Source: an uncultured Actinomycetes bacterium
GTDB taxonomy: Bacteria; Actinomycetota; Acidimicrobiia; Acidimicrobiales; Ilumatobacteraceae
Assembly: GCA_963822385.1 (NCBI GenBank)
Contig: CAWGHJ010000003.1
Span: 1,627,919-1,691,918, forward strand
Direction of reading: 5' to 3'
Length of the DNA: 64,000 bases
The first letter of the stretch is position 1. Each line of letters starts with the position of its first letter. The translations under genes and the position numbers were made by a program. A model generated the notes under the pieces. It searched no databases and was not told where the DNA came from. It worked only from the letters and a program-made list of their open reading frames with translations. Shown piece by piece: positions 20,767 to 30,306 of this stretch.

Positions 20767-21942
20767 ATGCGCGCCCACACCCGCCCGCTGCTCGACGACC
20801 TGGACCTGAACGACGTCGCCCGCGGCGACGGCTACCTGTTCGTGCGCGACGGCGTCGGCATCGCCGGCCGGGGCGTCGCCGCACGCGTGCCGTTGGCCGA
20901 CGTGGCCGCGGTCCTGGCCGGCATCGAACACGTCGACGAGGTGGGCGGCGTCCACCCGCTCGCCATCGGCGTGGTGCCGTTCGAGCCCGGCACACCCTGC
21001 GAGCTGGTCATCCCGGCCGTCACTGTCGGCAAGGCCGCCGACGGCCGCCAATGGGTGACCGTCATCGACGACGCACGGACCGACCTCGCCGGCGGGCCGC
21101 GTCCGGTGCCACGGGCCCAGGAGTTCGCCGTGTCGCCATTGACGCCGGTCGACCGCTACCTGGCCGCGGTCACCACGGCCCGCGACGCCGTGCGCGACGG
21201 TTCGCTCACCAAGGCCGTCATCGCCCGCGAGGTGCTGGTCAGCAGTCCCGAGGCCATCGACGTGCACGCCGTGCTGCTGCGCCTGAAGGCGATGTTCGGC
21301 CGCAGCCACCGCTACTCGGTCGACGGGTTCATCGGGGCCTCGCCCGAGTTGCTGATCGCGGTTCGCGGCAACGAGGTGCGGTCGCATCCGCTCGCCGGCA
21401 CCACCCCGCGGACGGGCGACCCCGACACCGACCGACGCGCCGCCGACGAGTTGCTGGCCAGCGAGAAGAACCAGATCGAACACCGCGTGGTCATCGACAT
21501 GATCCACGACACGTTGCTGCCCTGGTGCAGCTACCTCGACTGGGAGCCCGAGCCCAGCATCGTCACCGTCGCCAACGTCCAGCACCTCGGCACGGCGATG
21601 GAGGGCCACCTCAGCGATCCTCGACCGAACGTGCTCGAACTGGTCACCGCCCTGTCGCCCACGCCCGCCCTCGGCGGCTTTCCGCGAGCCGAGGCGCTCG
21701 CACTCATCGCCGACGCCGAGGGCTTCACCCGCGGTCGCTACGGCGGGGCCGTGGGCTGGGTCGACGCGGCGGGCGACGGCACCTGGGCGGTGGCGATCCG
21801 CTGTGCCGAACTGAGCGACGACCGTCGCACGGCACGCCTGGTGGCGGGTGGTGGCATCGTCGCCGACAGCGAGCCGTTGGCCGAGCTCGCCGAGACGCAG
21901 GCCAAGCTGCAGGCCATGCTCAGCGCCATCGTCCGCCCCTGA
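20767..21942 (+). CDS. menF: isochorismate synthase
   Basis: Chorismate-binding C-terminal core: SPELLI..PLAGTTPR..EKNQIEHRVVID...TPALGGFP..RGRYGGAVGW..AIRCA. Confidence 0.9.
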   Translation: MRAHTRPLLDDLDLNDVARGDGYLFVRDGVGIAGRGVAARVPLADVAAVLAGIEHVDEVGGVHPLAIGVVPFEPGTPCELVIPAVTVGKAADGRQWVTVIDDARTDLAGGPRPVPRAQEFAVSPLTPVDRYLAAVTTARDAVRDGSLTKAVIAREVLVSSPEAIDVHAVLLRLKAMFGRSHRYSVDGFIGASPELLIAVRGNEVRSHPLAGTTPRTGDPDTDRRAADELLASEKNQIEHRVVIDMIHDTLLPWCSYLDWEPEPSIVTVANVQHLGTAMEGHLSDPRPNVLELVTALSPTPALGGFPRAEALALIADAEGFTRGRYGGAVGWVDAAGDGTWAVAIRCAELSDDRRTARLVAGGGIVADSEPLAELAETQAKLQAMLSAIVRP

Positions 21943-22004
21943 GCGACGCCCGAATCACCCGACCCGGGGTGGACAGCACCGCCGACATCGGCCATCCTGG
22001 CCAG

Positions 22005-22535
22005 ATGTCGCGACCGGCCGCGCACAACCACCTCACGCTCTCGCCGATGCATCGCGAGTTCGAGTCGCTGGTCCAGGCTGCGTACGGCGCCGGCGAGATC
22101 CGTCGGATGGTGGCGTCCACTCGCGTTGCTCGCGCCTGGGCCGCAGCCGCGGCAGGACGCGTTGCCGGCGGCCGGCGAGCCGGCGACGTCGTCGTCGGGC
22201 TCGGCGACCTCGGCGTGTTCTGTGTGGCGCTCGGTTCCCTGTCCATCCTCGGCGCCGTCCCGTCGCCGGTGCGCGCCGCGGTACGCGCCAGCATGGATCA
22301 CACCGCCCCGGGCGCGTGGCTGGCCGACGATGCCCTGCTCGAGGGCCATGCATCGCTGACATGGTTGCGCGACACCCTGGAATCGGCCGACGACGCCGCG
22401 CTGCGCACCTGGACGGTGACGATGCTGCCGCTGGTGGTCGACGCATTCGCCCGCCAGGCGCCGCGTTGGTGGCGCATCCGCCGCACCGGGTTCGCCGGCG
22501 TGGTGTTGCAGCGCCTCGCGCTGCGCGCTCGCTGA
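22005..22535 (+). CDS. hypothetical protein embedded in the men cluster
   Basis: The in-frame 176-aa ORF starts after a long out-of-frame leader of ORF 21051... It has one hydrophobic segment (VVVGLGDLGVFCVALGSLSILGAV). No family was recognised. Confidence 0.4.
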   Translation: MSRPAAHNHLTLSPMHREFESLVQAAYGAGEIRRMVASTRVARAWAAAAAGRVAGGRRAGDVVVGLGDLGVFCVALGSLSILGAVPSPVRAAVRASMDHTAPGAWLADDALLEGHASLTWLRDTLESADDAALRTWTVTMLPLVVDAFARQAPRWWRIRRTGFAGVVLQRLALRAR

Positions 22536-22538
22536 CGG

Positions 22539-24218
22539 TCAGTTCAGGGCCGCGGCCACGGCCGCGTGGACCGCATCGTGATCGGCGAGGTTGCGATCGC
22601 GATCGCTCTCGATGCGCACGACGGTGGCTTCACGGTCGCTGACCGCGGCCAGCAGGTCGTCGACGGAGTCGACCGTACGTGCGCCCAGCCCGTGGGCTCG
22701 GGCGACGGCCACCAGGTCGGTGCCGTGGGGTGTGCCGAAGAGTTGCTCGAACCGTTCGGTGCTGAGCGCCGTGCGCTGGGGAAGGAACGAGAAGATGCCG
22801 CCACCGTCGTTGTCGACCACGACGAGCGTGAGCGGCAACTGGCGGGCGGCGAGACCCGTCAGCGACGATTGGTCGTGGCAGAACGCCACGTCGCCGAGCA
22901 ACAGCACGGTGGGCTCGTCGGACGCGATGGCCACGCCGATGGCCGTGGCGATGACACCGTCGATGCCGTTCGCACCGCGGTTCGAGTGCACCACGGTGGT
23001 CGAGGCGGCGCCGAACCATTCGACGTCGCGCACCGGCATCGACGCGGACAGCACCAGACGACCCGAGATGGTGGACAGCGCACGGGCGACCGCCGGTTCG
23101 GTGAGACCTGCAGTCGTGCTGGCATCGACCGTGGCGGCGATGGCCGTCTGCGCGGTGGCCTCGGCTGCCGTCCACGCAGCCAGCCAGGTGTCGTCGCGCA
23201 CCACTTCGACCAACGGCTCGACGGCCTCGCACACCGTGCTCACTTCGCCGTAGACGCGTTCGGTGACGATGCCCAGCGGGTCGATGGTGCGGCCCTGGGC
23301 ATGCACCTGCACGTGCACCGCACCGGACGCCTGCAGCCACTGGCCGAGCACCTTCGAGGCCGGCGGCTCGCCCAGGTGCAGCACCACGTCGGGAACGTGT
23401 GCCGCGGCGAACGCGGCATGACGAAGAATGGGATCGAACGCGGTGATCGCCTGGGGAAGGTGCCGACAGCCCGAACGAGGGTCGGCCATCACCGGCCACC
23501 CGAGCGTGGCGGCCAGCGACTCGACGGCGTCGGCGTCGTCGACACCCCGTCCGGCGACGATGACGCCGCGCGGGTGACGGATCATGTCGGCCAGTTCCTC
23601 CATCGACAGCCGCGTCATGAACCAGACCGCGTCGTCGAACGGATCGCCCACCTCGTCGGTCACGGGCGGCAGGTCGCCGATCGCGCCGACGAGGGGCTCG
23701 CGGAACGGCAGGTTCAGGTGCACCGGACCGCCATCGATGCCCGCCGCGGCGAGCCAGGCGTCGGTGGCGATGTCGCGCCACACGTGGGCCGAGTCGGCGT
23801 CGGGCACGTCGACCTGCACGAACAGTCGCACCACGTCGCCGTACAGCTCGACCTGGTCGATGGTCTGCGGTGCCCCGATGCCCTGCAGTTCGGGGGGACG
23901 ATCGGCGGTGAGGACCAACATCGGAACGCCCGAGAGGTCGGCTTCGATGGCCGCGGCGTGGAAGTGCGCCGCCGCCGTGCCGCTGGTGCACAGCAGCGCT
24001 GCCGGTGTGCCCGATGCCAGGCCGATGCCGAGCGCCATGAACGACGCCGTGCGCTCGTCGTGGGCGACATGCAGCTGCAGGTCGTCACGCGCTGCCAGGG
24101 CGAGCGCCATCGGAGTGCTCCGCGAGCCCGGCGACACGACCGCGTGGCGCATGCCCATGGCGATCCATTGATCGACGAGCGTCGCACAGAAGGTCACCTG
24201 AACGTCGGCTGCCGTCAT
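22539..24218 (-). CDS. menD: 2-succinyl-5-enolpyruvyl-6-hydroxy-3-cyclohexene-1-carboxylate (SEPHCHC) synthase
   Basis: Thiamine-diphosphate enzyme layout: SPGSRSTPMALA..DERTASFMALG..TSGTAAAHF..LTADRPPEL...GDVAFCHD..VVVDNDGGGIF. Confidence 0.9.
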   Translation of the reverse strand: MTAADVQVTFCATLVDQWIAMGMRHAVVSPGSRSTPMALALAARDDLQLHVAHDERTASFMALGIGLASGTPAALLCTSGTAAAHFHAAAIEADLSGVPMLVLTADRPPELQGIGAPQTIDQVELYGDVVRLFVQVDVPDADSAHVWRDIATDAWLAAAGIDGGPVHLNLPFREPLVGAIGDLPPVTDEVGDPFDDAVWFMTRLSMEELADMIRHPRGVIVAGRGVDDADAVESLAATLGWPVMADPRSGCRHLPQAITAFDPILRHAAFAAAHVPDVVLHLGEPPASKVLGQWLQASGAVHVQVHAQGRTIDPLGIVTERVYGEVSTVCEAVEPLVEVVRDDTWLAAWTAAEATAQTAIAATVDASTTAGLTEPAVARALSTISGRLVLSASMPVRDVEWFGAASTTVVHSNRGANGIDGVIATAIGVAIASDEPTVLLLGDVAFCHDQSSLTGLAARQLPLTLVVVDNDGGGIFSFLPQRTALSTERFEQLFGTPHGTDLVAVARAHGLGARTVDSVDDLLAAVSDREATVVRIESDRDRNLADHDAVHAAVAAALN

Positions 24219-24250
24219 GACGCCCACGATACGGGCGTATCCTCGAGGTC

Positions 24251-24910
24251 GTGGTACCGACCGTGAGCGTGGAGATCTGGTCCGACGTCGTCTGTCCCTG
24301 GTGCTACATCGGGAAACGACGCTTCGAGAAGGCCATCGCTCAGCTCGAGGGCGAAGCGCAGATCGACATCGTGTACCGCGCCTACCAGTTGGACCCCACG
24401 GCATCGCCGGGCAAGGCCACGCCGGTGGTGGAGGCGTACGCGAAGAAGTTCGGCGGCCCCGAGCGTGCCGAGCAGATCCTCGAACAGCTCACTCAGGTCG
24501 CCGCGGCCGAAGGTCTGGACTTCCACATGGAGCGCGCCCTGCGCGCCAACACCTTGCTCGCCCACCGGCTGCTGTGGCTCGCCGAGGCGACGGGCCACCA
24601 GCAGGCGTTGAAGGAACGGCTGCTGAAGGCGTACTTCGTCGACGGGCTGAACGTGGGCGACCCCGACGTCCTCGCCGAGTGCGCCGGCGACGTCGGCATG
24701 TCGAGCGAACGCGTCCTCGCGTTCCTCGAGAGCGACGACGGCGTGGTCGAGGTCCAGCAACAGCTGCAGCTCGCCGCCCAGTCCGAGATCACCGCGGTGC
24801 CCACGTACGTCATCGACGGGCGATGGGCGGTGCCCGGGGCACAGGATCCCGACACGTTCGTCAGCGTCATCCGCCGACTGTTGGCGAAACGGGACGAGGC
24901 GACCTCATGA
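24251..24910 (+). CDS. DsbA-family (FrnE-like) thiol:disulfide oxidoreductase
   Basis: VEIWSDVVCPWCYIGKRRFE carries the CPWC active site. The rest has DsbA/FrnE-like helical insert architecture. Confidence 0.85.
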   Translation: MVPTVSVEIWSDVVCPWCYIGKRRFEKAIAQLEGEAQIDIVYRAYQLDPTASPGKATPVVEAYAKKFGGPERAEQILEQLTQVAAAEGLDFHMERALRANTLLAHRLLWLAEATGHQQALKERLLKAYFVDGLNVGDPDVLAECAGDVGMSSERVLAFLESDDGVVEVQQQLQLAAQSEITAVPTYVIDGRWAVPGAQDPDTFVSVIRRLLAKRDEATS

Positions 24911-25701
24911 TCGAGTGGAGGCCATTGGCCGGACGGTTGGCCGCCGAGGTGGCCGGCCCCGACGACGGGCCACGCATCGTGTTCCTGCACGGGTTCACCC
25001 AGACCGCGAACTCGTGGAAGCCGATCGCCGAGCACTTCGTCGCCACCGGCCACGAGTGCATCGTCGTCGATCTGCCCGGCCACGCCGGTTCGACGCACGT
25101 GCGCGCCGATCTCCGCCGTGCGGCCGACATGATCGCCGCCATCGGCGACAAGGCCACCTACGTCGGCTACAGCCTCGGGGGTCGTGCCGCCCTGCACGTC
25201 GCTCTGCTGTACCCGAACGTCACGCAGCGCCTGGCGCTCATCGGGGCGAACCCCGGCATCGACAGCGACGACGAACGCGCTCGACGCCGAGAGAGCGACG
25301 ACGAGTTGATCGCACGGATGGAGGAGGTCGGCCTGGAGGCGTTCCTGCAGGAGTGGGCGGCACTCCCCCTGTTCGGTGGTCGGCCGCTCGGCCCGCTCGA
25401 GATGCAGGATCGCCTGCGCAACACCGTCGAAGGGCTGTCCGGCAGCCTTCGCCTGGCCGGCACGGGCGCTCAGGGCTCGCTGTGGCCGCGGCTCCGTGAG
25501 TTCAACATGCCCGTGCTCGCCATGGCGGGCGAACGCGACGAGAAGTTCACGGCCATCGCCCGACAGATCGCCGACACCGTGCCGCGTGGAGTGTTCGCGT
25601 CCATCCCCGGGGCCGCGCACAGCGCCCACCTCGAGCACCCGCAGGCGGTCGTGGCCGCGATCGGCACCCTGCTCGACCGCCCCGCACCCATCGGCTTCTG
25701 A
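24907..25701 (+). CDS. menH: alpha/beta hydrolase, probable SHCHC synthase
   Basis: VFLHGFTQTANSW, nucleophile elbow GYSLGG and a C-terminal His (AAHSAHLEHP). The ATGA overlaps the dsbA-like gene. The gene sits in the men context. Confidence 0.75.
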   Translation: MIEWRPLAGRLAAEVAGPDDGPRIVFLHGFTQTANSWKPIAEHFVATGHECIVVDLPGHAGSTHVRADLRRAADMIAAIGDKATYVGYSLGGRAALHVALLYPNVTQRLALIGANPGIDSDDERARRRESDDELIARMEEVGLEAFLQEWAALPLFGGRPLGPLEMQDRLRNTVEGLSGSLRLAGTGAQGSLWPRLREFNMPVLAMAGERDEKFTAIARQIADTVPRGVFASIPGAAHSAHLEHPQAVVAAIGTLLDRPAPIGF

Positions 25702-25725
25702 CCGGGCGAGGCGTCGGCCGTCGGG

Positions 25726-26046
25726 TCAGGTGCGGTTGCTGATCAGGTTGACGACGAACAGCGCACCGAACACGAGCCCGATGATGCCCAGCACGATGCC
25801 GGCCGTGGCCATGCCGCGGTTGCGGTACATGCCACCCGAGCGATCGATCTCGCCGCGGGCCTGCAGACCGAGGACCAGCGCGAGCACCGAGAACACGAAC
25901 GGGATGCAGAACAGCCCGATGATGCCGAGGACCATCGCGGTCGTGGCCTTCTTCAGCGGCTGCGGGTTGGCGCCGGGCACGCCGTAGGCCTGATAGCCGG
26001 GTGGCGGCGTCATGGGCGGGGGCGGGGGCGGCGGCACGTCACTCAT
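25726..26046 (-). CDS. DUF4190-domain small membrane protein with Pro-rich N-terminus
   Basis: PPPPPPPMTPPPGYQAYG is followed by two TM helices, GIIGLFCIPFVFSVLALVLG and ATAGIVLGIIGLVFGALFVV. Confidence 0.7.
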   Translation of the reverse strand: MSDVPPPPPPPMTPPPGYQAYGVPGANPQPLKKATTAMVLGIIGLFCIPFVFSVLALVLGLQARGEIDRSGGMYRNRGMATAGIVLGIIGLVFGALFVVNLISNRT

Positions 26047-26070
26047 GGCGCCGGAGAATATCGTCCGCGC

Positions 26071-26946
26071 TCAGGCCGAGAGAGCGATGCCCACGGCCGC
26101 GAGCACCCCGGTGACGAGTTGCACCTTGCCGGTCGCACCGAGCACCGGGATGAGCCCCCGGCCCGCGGCTCCCAGGCGAACCGCTTTCACCGCAGGCGCC
26201 GCGACCACGACGCCGATCAGCCCGATCGCGGCCCACGGCCGATGGACGGCGGCGATGACCACCACGAGTGCGAACGCCAGCCCGAGCAGCACGACGTAGA
26301 ACGAACGCGTGCGGGCGTCGCCCAGGCGGACCGCCATGGTGCGCTTGCCGACCTCGCGGTCGGTGGGGATGTCACGCAGGTTGTTGATCACCAGCAGCGC
26401 GCACGCCAGGCAGCCGGCGACGCAACCCGCCAGCCAGGCGACGGCGGTGATGCGTTCGGCGACGACGAAGGCACTGCCGGCCGTCGCCACCAGCCCGAAG
26501 AACACGAAGACGAACACCTCGCCGAGCCCCAGGTAGCCGTACGGCTTCGGACCACCCGTGTAGAACCAACCGGCCAGGATGGCGGCCGCGCCGACGGCGA
26601 GCAACCACCACGACGTGGCCGCGGCGAGCACCAGGCCGGCCACTGCCGCGACGCCGAACGCGGCGAAGGCGGCGAGTTTCACGGACCTCGCGCTGGCCAG
26701 CCCGCCCGCCACCAAGCGGGTGGGCCCGACCCGCACCTCGTCGGTGCCACGCACGCCGTCGCTGTAGTCGTTGGCGTAGTTCACGCCCACCTGCAGCGCC
26801 AGCGAGACCACGAGCGCGAGGCCCACACGCCACCACACGGGCGACGGCTCGCCGACGGCCGCGGCCGCGCCGAGTGCCACCGGCACGACCGCCGCGGGAA
26901 GGGTTCGAGGACGGGCACCGAGCAGCCAACGATTCATCGCCGCCAT
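26071..26946 (-). CDS. menA: 1,4-dihydroxy-2-naphthoate polyprenyltransferase
   Basis: UbiA-family motifs NYANDYSDGVRGTD and INNLRDIPTDREVGKRTMAV, with multiple TM helices. Confidence 0.9.
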   Translation of the reverse strand: MAAMNRWLLGARPRTLPAAVVPVALGAAAAVGEPSPVWWRVGLALVVSLALQVGVNYANDYSDGVRGTDEVRVGPTRLVAGGLASARSVKLAAFAAFGVAAVAGLVLAAATSWWLLAVGAAAILAGWFYTGGPKPYGYLGLGEVFVFVFFGLVATAGSAFVVAERITAVAWLAGCVAGCLACALLVINNLRDIPTDREVGKRTMAVRLGDARTRSFYVVLLGLAFALVVVIAAVHRPWAAIGLIGVVVAAPAVKAVRLGAAGRGLIPVLGATGKVQLVTGVLAAVGIALSA

Positions 26947-26969
26947 TGTTGCGGAATAGGGTCGGTTTC

Positions 26970-28106
26970 GTGCCACATCTCGTCGCGGTCGATCTCCCGG
27001 GCGGTGCCGCGTTCGTCGAGACGCTGCGCCGCGAGTGGGACCAGGGCAATGCCGTCCTGCCGGTCGATCGCCGGTTGCCCGCCCCCGCCAGGGCCGCGCT
27101 GCTCGCGGCGATGGCACCCGATCGTCTGGTCGACGAGGCGGGAACGCACGCCCTCGAAGGCCGCGGCATCGACGAGGGTGATGCGCTGGTCATCGCCACG
27201 AGTGGCTCGACCGGTACACCGAAGGGCGTGGTGCTCACCCACGCCGCGGTCGCCGCGTCGGCTCAGGCGACGTCGCGCCATCTGGGCATCCATCGCTCGG
27301 ACACCTGGTTGGCCTGCCTGCCGCTCGCCCACGTCGGAGGCCTCTCCGTGGTCACTCGGGCCATCCTCACCGACACCCCGCTGGTCGTGCACGACGGGTT
27401 CGACGCCGAGGCCGTCGAACGCGCCGCACGCGAGGGCGCCACTGCGGTGTCGCTGGTCGCCACGGCGCTGCGACGCATCGACGCGTCGCTGTTCCGCATC
27501 ATCGTCCTCGGCGGCGCACGCCCGCCCGCCGATCGACCGGCGCACGCAGTCACCACCTACGGAATGACCGAGACCGGCAGCGGCGTCGTGTACGACGGGC
27601 GACCCCTGGCCGACGTCGACGTTCGCATCGAGCCCGACGGCGAGATCCTGCTGCGGGGGCCGATGCTGCTGCGCTGCTACCGCGACGGAACCACACCGTT
27701 GGACCGCGACGGGTGGCTGCACACGGGCGACCTGGGCCGGTGGCTGCCCGATGGTCGGCTGCACGTGGATGGTCGCCGCGGCGACCTGATCATCACGGGC
27801 GGCGAGAACGTGTGGCCCGAGACCGTGGAAGCCGCCGTGCAACACCGACGCGACGTCGCCGAGGTCGCCGTCGCGGGCGTCGCCGACGACGAGTGGGGCC
27901 AGCGGGTGGTCGCCTGGGTGGTCCCGGCGGACCCCACCGCTCCTCCGACGCTCGCCGACGTGCGGGCCACCGTGACCGAGCACCTCCCTGCGTTCTGCGC
28001 CCCCAAGCAGTTGCACCTGGTGCTGAGCCTGCCACGGACCGCGTTGGGCAAGGTCCAACGCCATGTGTTGCAGGCATCCCGGGACGACGACGCCGGCGCC
28101 CACTAA
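26970..28106 (+). CDS. menE: o-succinylbenzoate-CoA ligase
   Basis: Short AMP-binding enzyme: TSGSTGTPKGVVLTH, YGMTETGSGV, GWLHTGDLG..DGRRGDLIITGGENVWP, GKVQR. It is divergent from menA. Confidence 0.85.
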   Translation: MPHLVAVDLPGGAAFVETLRREWDQGNAVLPVDRRLPAPARAALLAAMAPDRLVDEAGTHALEGRGIDEGDALVIATSGSTGTPKGVVLTHAAVAASAQATSRHLGIHRSDTWLACLPLAHVGGLSVVTRAILTDTPLVVHDGFDAEAVERAAREGATAVSLVATALRRIDASLFRIIVLGGARPPADRPAHAVTTYGMTETGSGVVYDGRPLADVDVRIEPDGEILLRGPMLLRCYRDGTTPLDRDGWLHTGDLGRWLPDGRLHVDGRRGDLIITGGENVWPETVEAAVQHRRDVAEVAVAGVADDEWGQRVVAWVVPADPTAPPTLADVRATVTEHLPAFCAPKQLHLVLSLPRTALGKVQRHVLQASRDDDAGAH

Positions 28107-28116
28107 CGTCGCCCGC

Positions 28117-28890
28117 ATGCAGCGCCGTGTCCTCGTCACCGGCGCGGCCTCCGGGATCGGCCGCGCCATCACCGAACGTTTCGTGGCCGACGGCTGGGCG
28201 GTGCTCGCCGCCGACATCGACGACGCCGCGCTGGCGCGCCTGGCCGACGAACTCGGTGACGCCGTCGACACCGTGCGCTGCGACGTGACCTCCGAGGACG
28301 ACGTCGCCGCGATGTGCGATCGCGCCGATGCGCTCGGCGGCCTCGACGCCGCCGTCGCCAACGCCGGACGCGGTGCGTTCTCGCCCATCGTCGACCACTC
28401 GCTCGACGAGTGGAAGGCCATCCTCGACCTCTGCGTCACCGGCGTGTTCCTCACCATCAAGCACTCCGCCAGAGTCATGCACGACGGCGGCAGCATCGTC
28501 ACCATCGCATCGCTGAACGGCACCCAGCCGTCGTCCGGCATGAGCGCCTATTGCACCGCCAAGGCGGGCGTGCTGATGCTCACCAAGGTCGCCGCGATGG
28601 AACTGGGCGGGCGCGGCATTCGCGTCAACGCCATCGCACCCGGGCTCATCGAGACCAACGCGACCGGCGCGTTCTTCATGGTGCCGGGCGTGGTCGACGA
28701 GTTCGTCGAGAACACCACGGTCGGGCGATTCGGGCAGCCCGCCGACGTGGCGAACATGGCGGCATTCCTGGCGGGACCCGAGAGCACCTACGTCAGCGGG
28801 AGCACGTTCCCGGTGGACGGCGGGGCCTCGACGAAGCGGTATCCCGACCTCCCGGCGGCCTTCGCCCGGTTCGCCTCGCCCACCGGGTGA
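28117..28890 (+). CDS. SDR-family oxidoreductase
   Basis: VLVTGAASGIGRA, NAG, and catalytic YCTAKAG. Confidence 0.9.
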   Translation: MQRRVLVTGAASGIGRAITERFVADGWAVLAADIDDAALARLADELGDAVDTVRCDVTSEDDVAAMCDRADALGGLDAAVANAGRGAFSPIVDHSLDEWKAILDLCVTGVFLTIKHSARVMHDGGSIVTIASLNGTQPSSGMSAYCTAKAGVLMLTKVAAMELGGRGIRVNAIAPGLIETNATGAFFMVPGVVDEFVENTTVGRFGQPADVANMAAFLAGPESTYVSGSTFPVDGGASTKRYPDLPAAFARFASPTG

Positions 28891-30263
28891 CCGACGTGTC
28901 CGACGGCAAGCGCGCCCGGCTTCCCGGCGCCTATTGGCGCCTGTGGGTCGCCAGTGCGATCTCCAACACCGGCGACGGCATCCTCACCGCGGCGTTGCCC
29001 ATCCTGGCCACACGGGTCACCGACGACCGGCTCTCGATCGGCCTGATCTCGACGTTCTTCAGCATCCCCTGGCTGCTCTTCGCCCTGCCGGTCGGCGCGA
29101 TCATCGACCGAGTCGACCGACGCAAGGTGCTCGTCGTCGCCGACCTCTGTCGTGGCGCCCTCATCGCCGGCCTGGCCGCGATCGCCTACTTCAGCGACGT
29201 GCGAATGTGGATGCTGTGGGTCCTGGCCTTCGGCCTGGGCGTCGGCGAGGTGTTCTTCGACTCGACCTCGCAGACCATCCTGCCCGACATCGTCAGCGAC
29301 GATCAGCTGTCGCGCGCCAACGGGTTGCGCTACTCGGTCGAGCTCACCGGCAACACGTTCGTCGGCGCCCCCATCGGCACCGTGCTGTTCGCCGCCGCGG
29401 TCTGGCTGCCGTTCGGCGTCGATGCCGCCAGCTTCGTCATCGCCGCGTTGCTCGCCGCGTCGCTCCGGGGCAGGTTCAAGCCCGAGCGCATCGTGCCCTC
29501 GCTCGGCTGGCGCAACGACGTGCAGAAGGGCGTCCGCTGGCTGTGGCGCAACACACTGCTGCGCAACCTGGCCATCGCCCTGGGCCTGACGAACCTGTCG
29601 TTCGCGATGTGCGAGTCCACGTTCGTCCTCTTCGCCACCCAACAGCTCGGTGTCAGCGAGCGCATGTTCGGCGCGCTCATCGCCATCGTCGGCGCCGGCA
29701 GTGTGGTCGCCGGCATCGCCGGCGGATGGCTGGTCGATCGCGTCGGTCGCCGCTTCGCCATCCTCGTCGCCTCGTTCGTCCCGGTACTGACGATGACGGC
29801 GATCGGCGCCGTGGCCGTCACCTGGTGGGTGGTCGTGATGATCACCCTGCAGGCGATGATGGTCACCGTCTGGAGCATCATCGCCGTCACGCTGCGCCAA
29901 CAGATCGTCCCCGGTCACCTGTTCGGGCGGGTCAACAGCGTGTTCCGCTGGTTCAGCTGGGGCGCCATGCCGGTGGGCGCGTTGCTCGGCGGCGTCGTCG
30001 CCAAGGTCGCCGGCCTGCGCGCGCCGTACTTCGTCGGCGCGGCCGTCATGCTCGTCGCCTACGTGATCATCGTGACGCACCTGCGCGAGCCCGCCATCCG
30101 CCGAGCGATCAACCTCAACCGGCCGCCGAAGCCCGAGGACCGCGCCGACGACCCGACGCCGCCGCACATCGATCGGCACCCGCTCGACGACGTCCTCGGC
30201 CCGCTGCTGCACACCCCTGGCACGATGCCCGGTCCGGGCAACGGGCCGGGTCCGGTGATCTGA
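28887..30263 (+). CDS. MFS transporter
   Basis: About 12 predicted TM helices and the MFS loop motif GAIIDRVDRRKVL. GTG start at 28887 or 28896. Confidence 0.85.
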   Translation: MTDVSDGKRARLPGAYWRLWVASAISNTGDGILTAALPILATRVTDDRLSIGLISTFFSIPWLLFALPVGAIIDRVDRRKVLVVADLCRGALIAGLAAIAYFSDVRMWMLWVLAFGLGVGEVFFDSTSQTILPDIVSDDQLSRANGLRYSVELTGNTFVGAPIGTVLFAAAVWLPFGVDAASFVIAALLAASLRGRFKPERIVPSLGWRNDVQKGVRWLWRNTLLRNLAIALGLTNLSFAMCESTFVLFATQQLGVSERMFGALIAIVGAGSVVAGIAGGWLVDRVGRRFAILVASFVPVLTMTAIGAVAVTWWVVVMITLQAMMVTVWSIIAVTLRQQIVPGHLFGRVNSVFRWFSWGAMPVGALLGGVVAKVAGLRAPYFVGAAVMLVAYVIIVTHLREPAIRRAINLNRPPKPEDRADDPTPPHIDRHPLDDVLGPLLHTPGTMPGPGNGPGPVI

Positions 30264-30306
30264 GCGGCAGCCCCGAGTCGGTCGGCCGCGTCAGCTCGGG
30301 CGGGAC

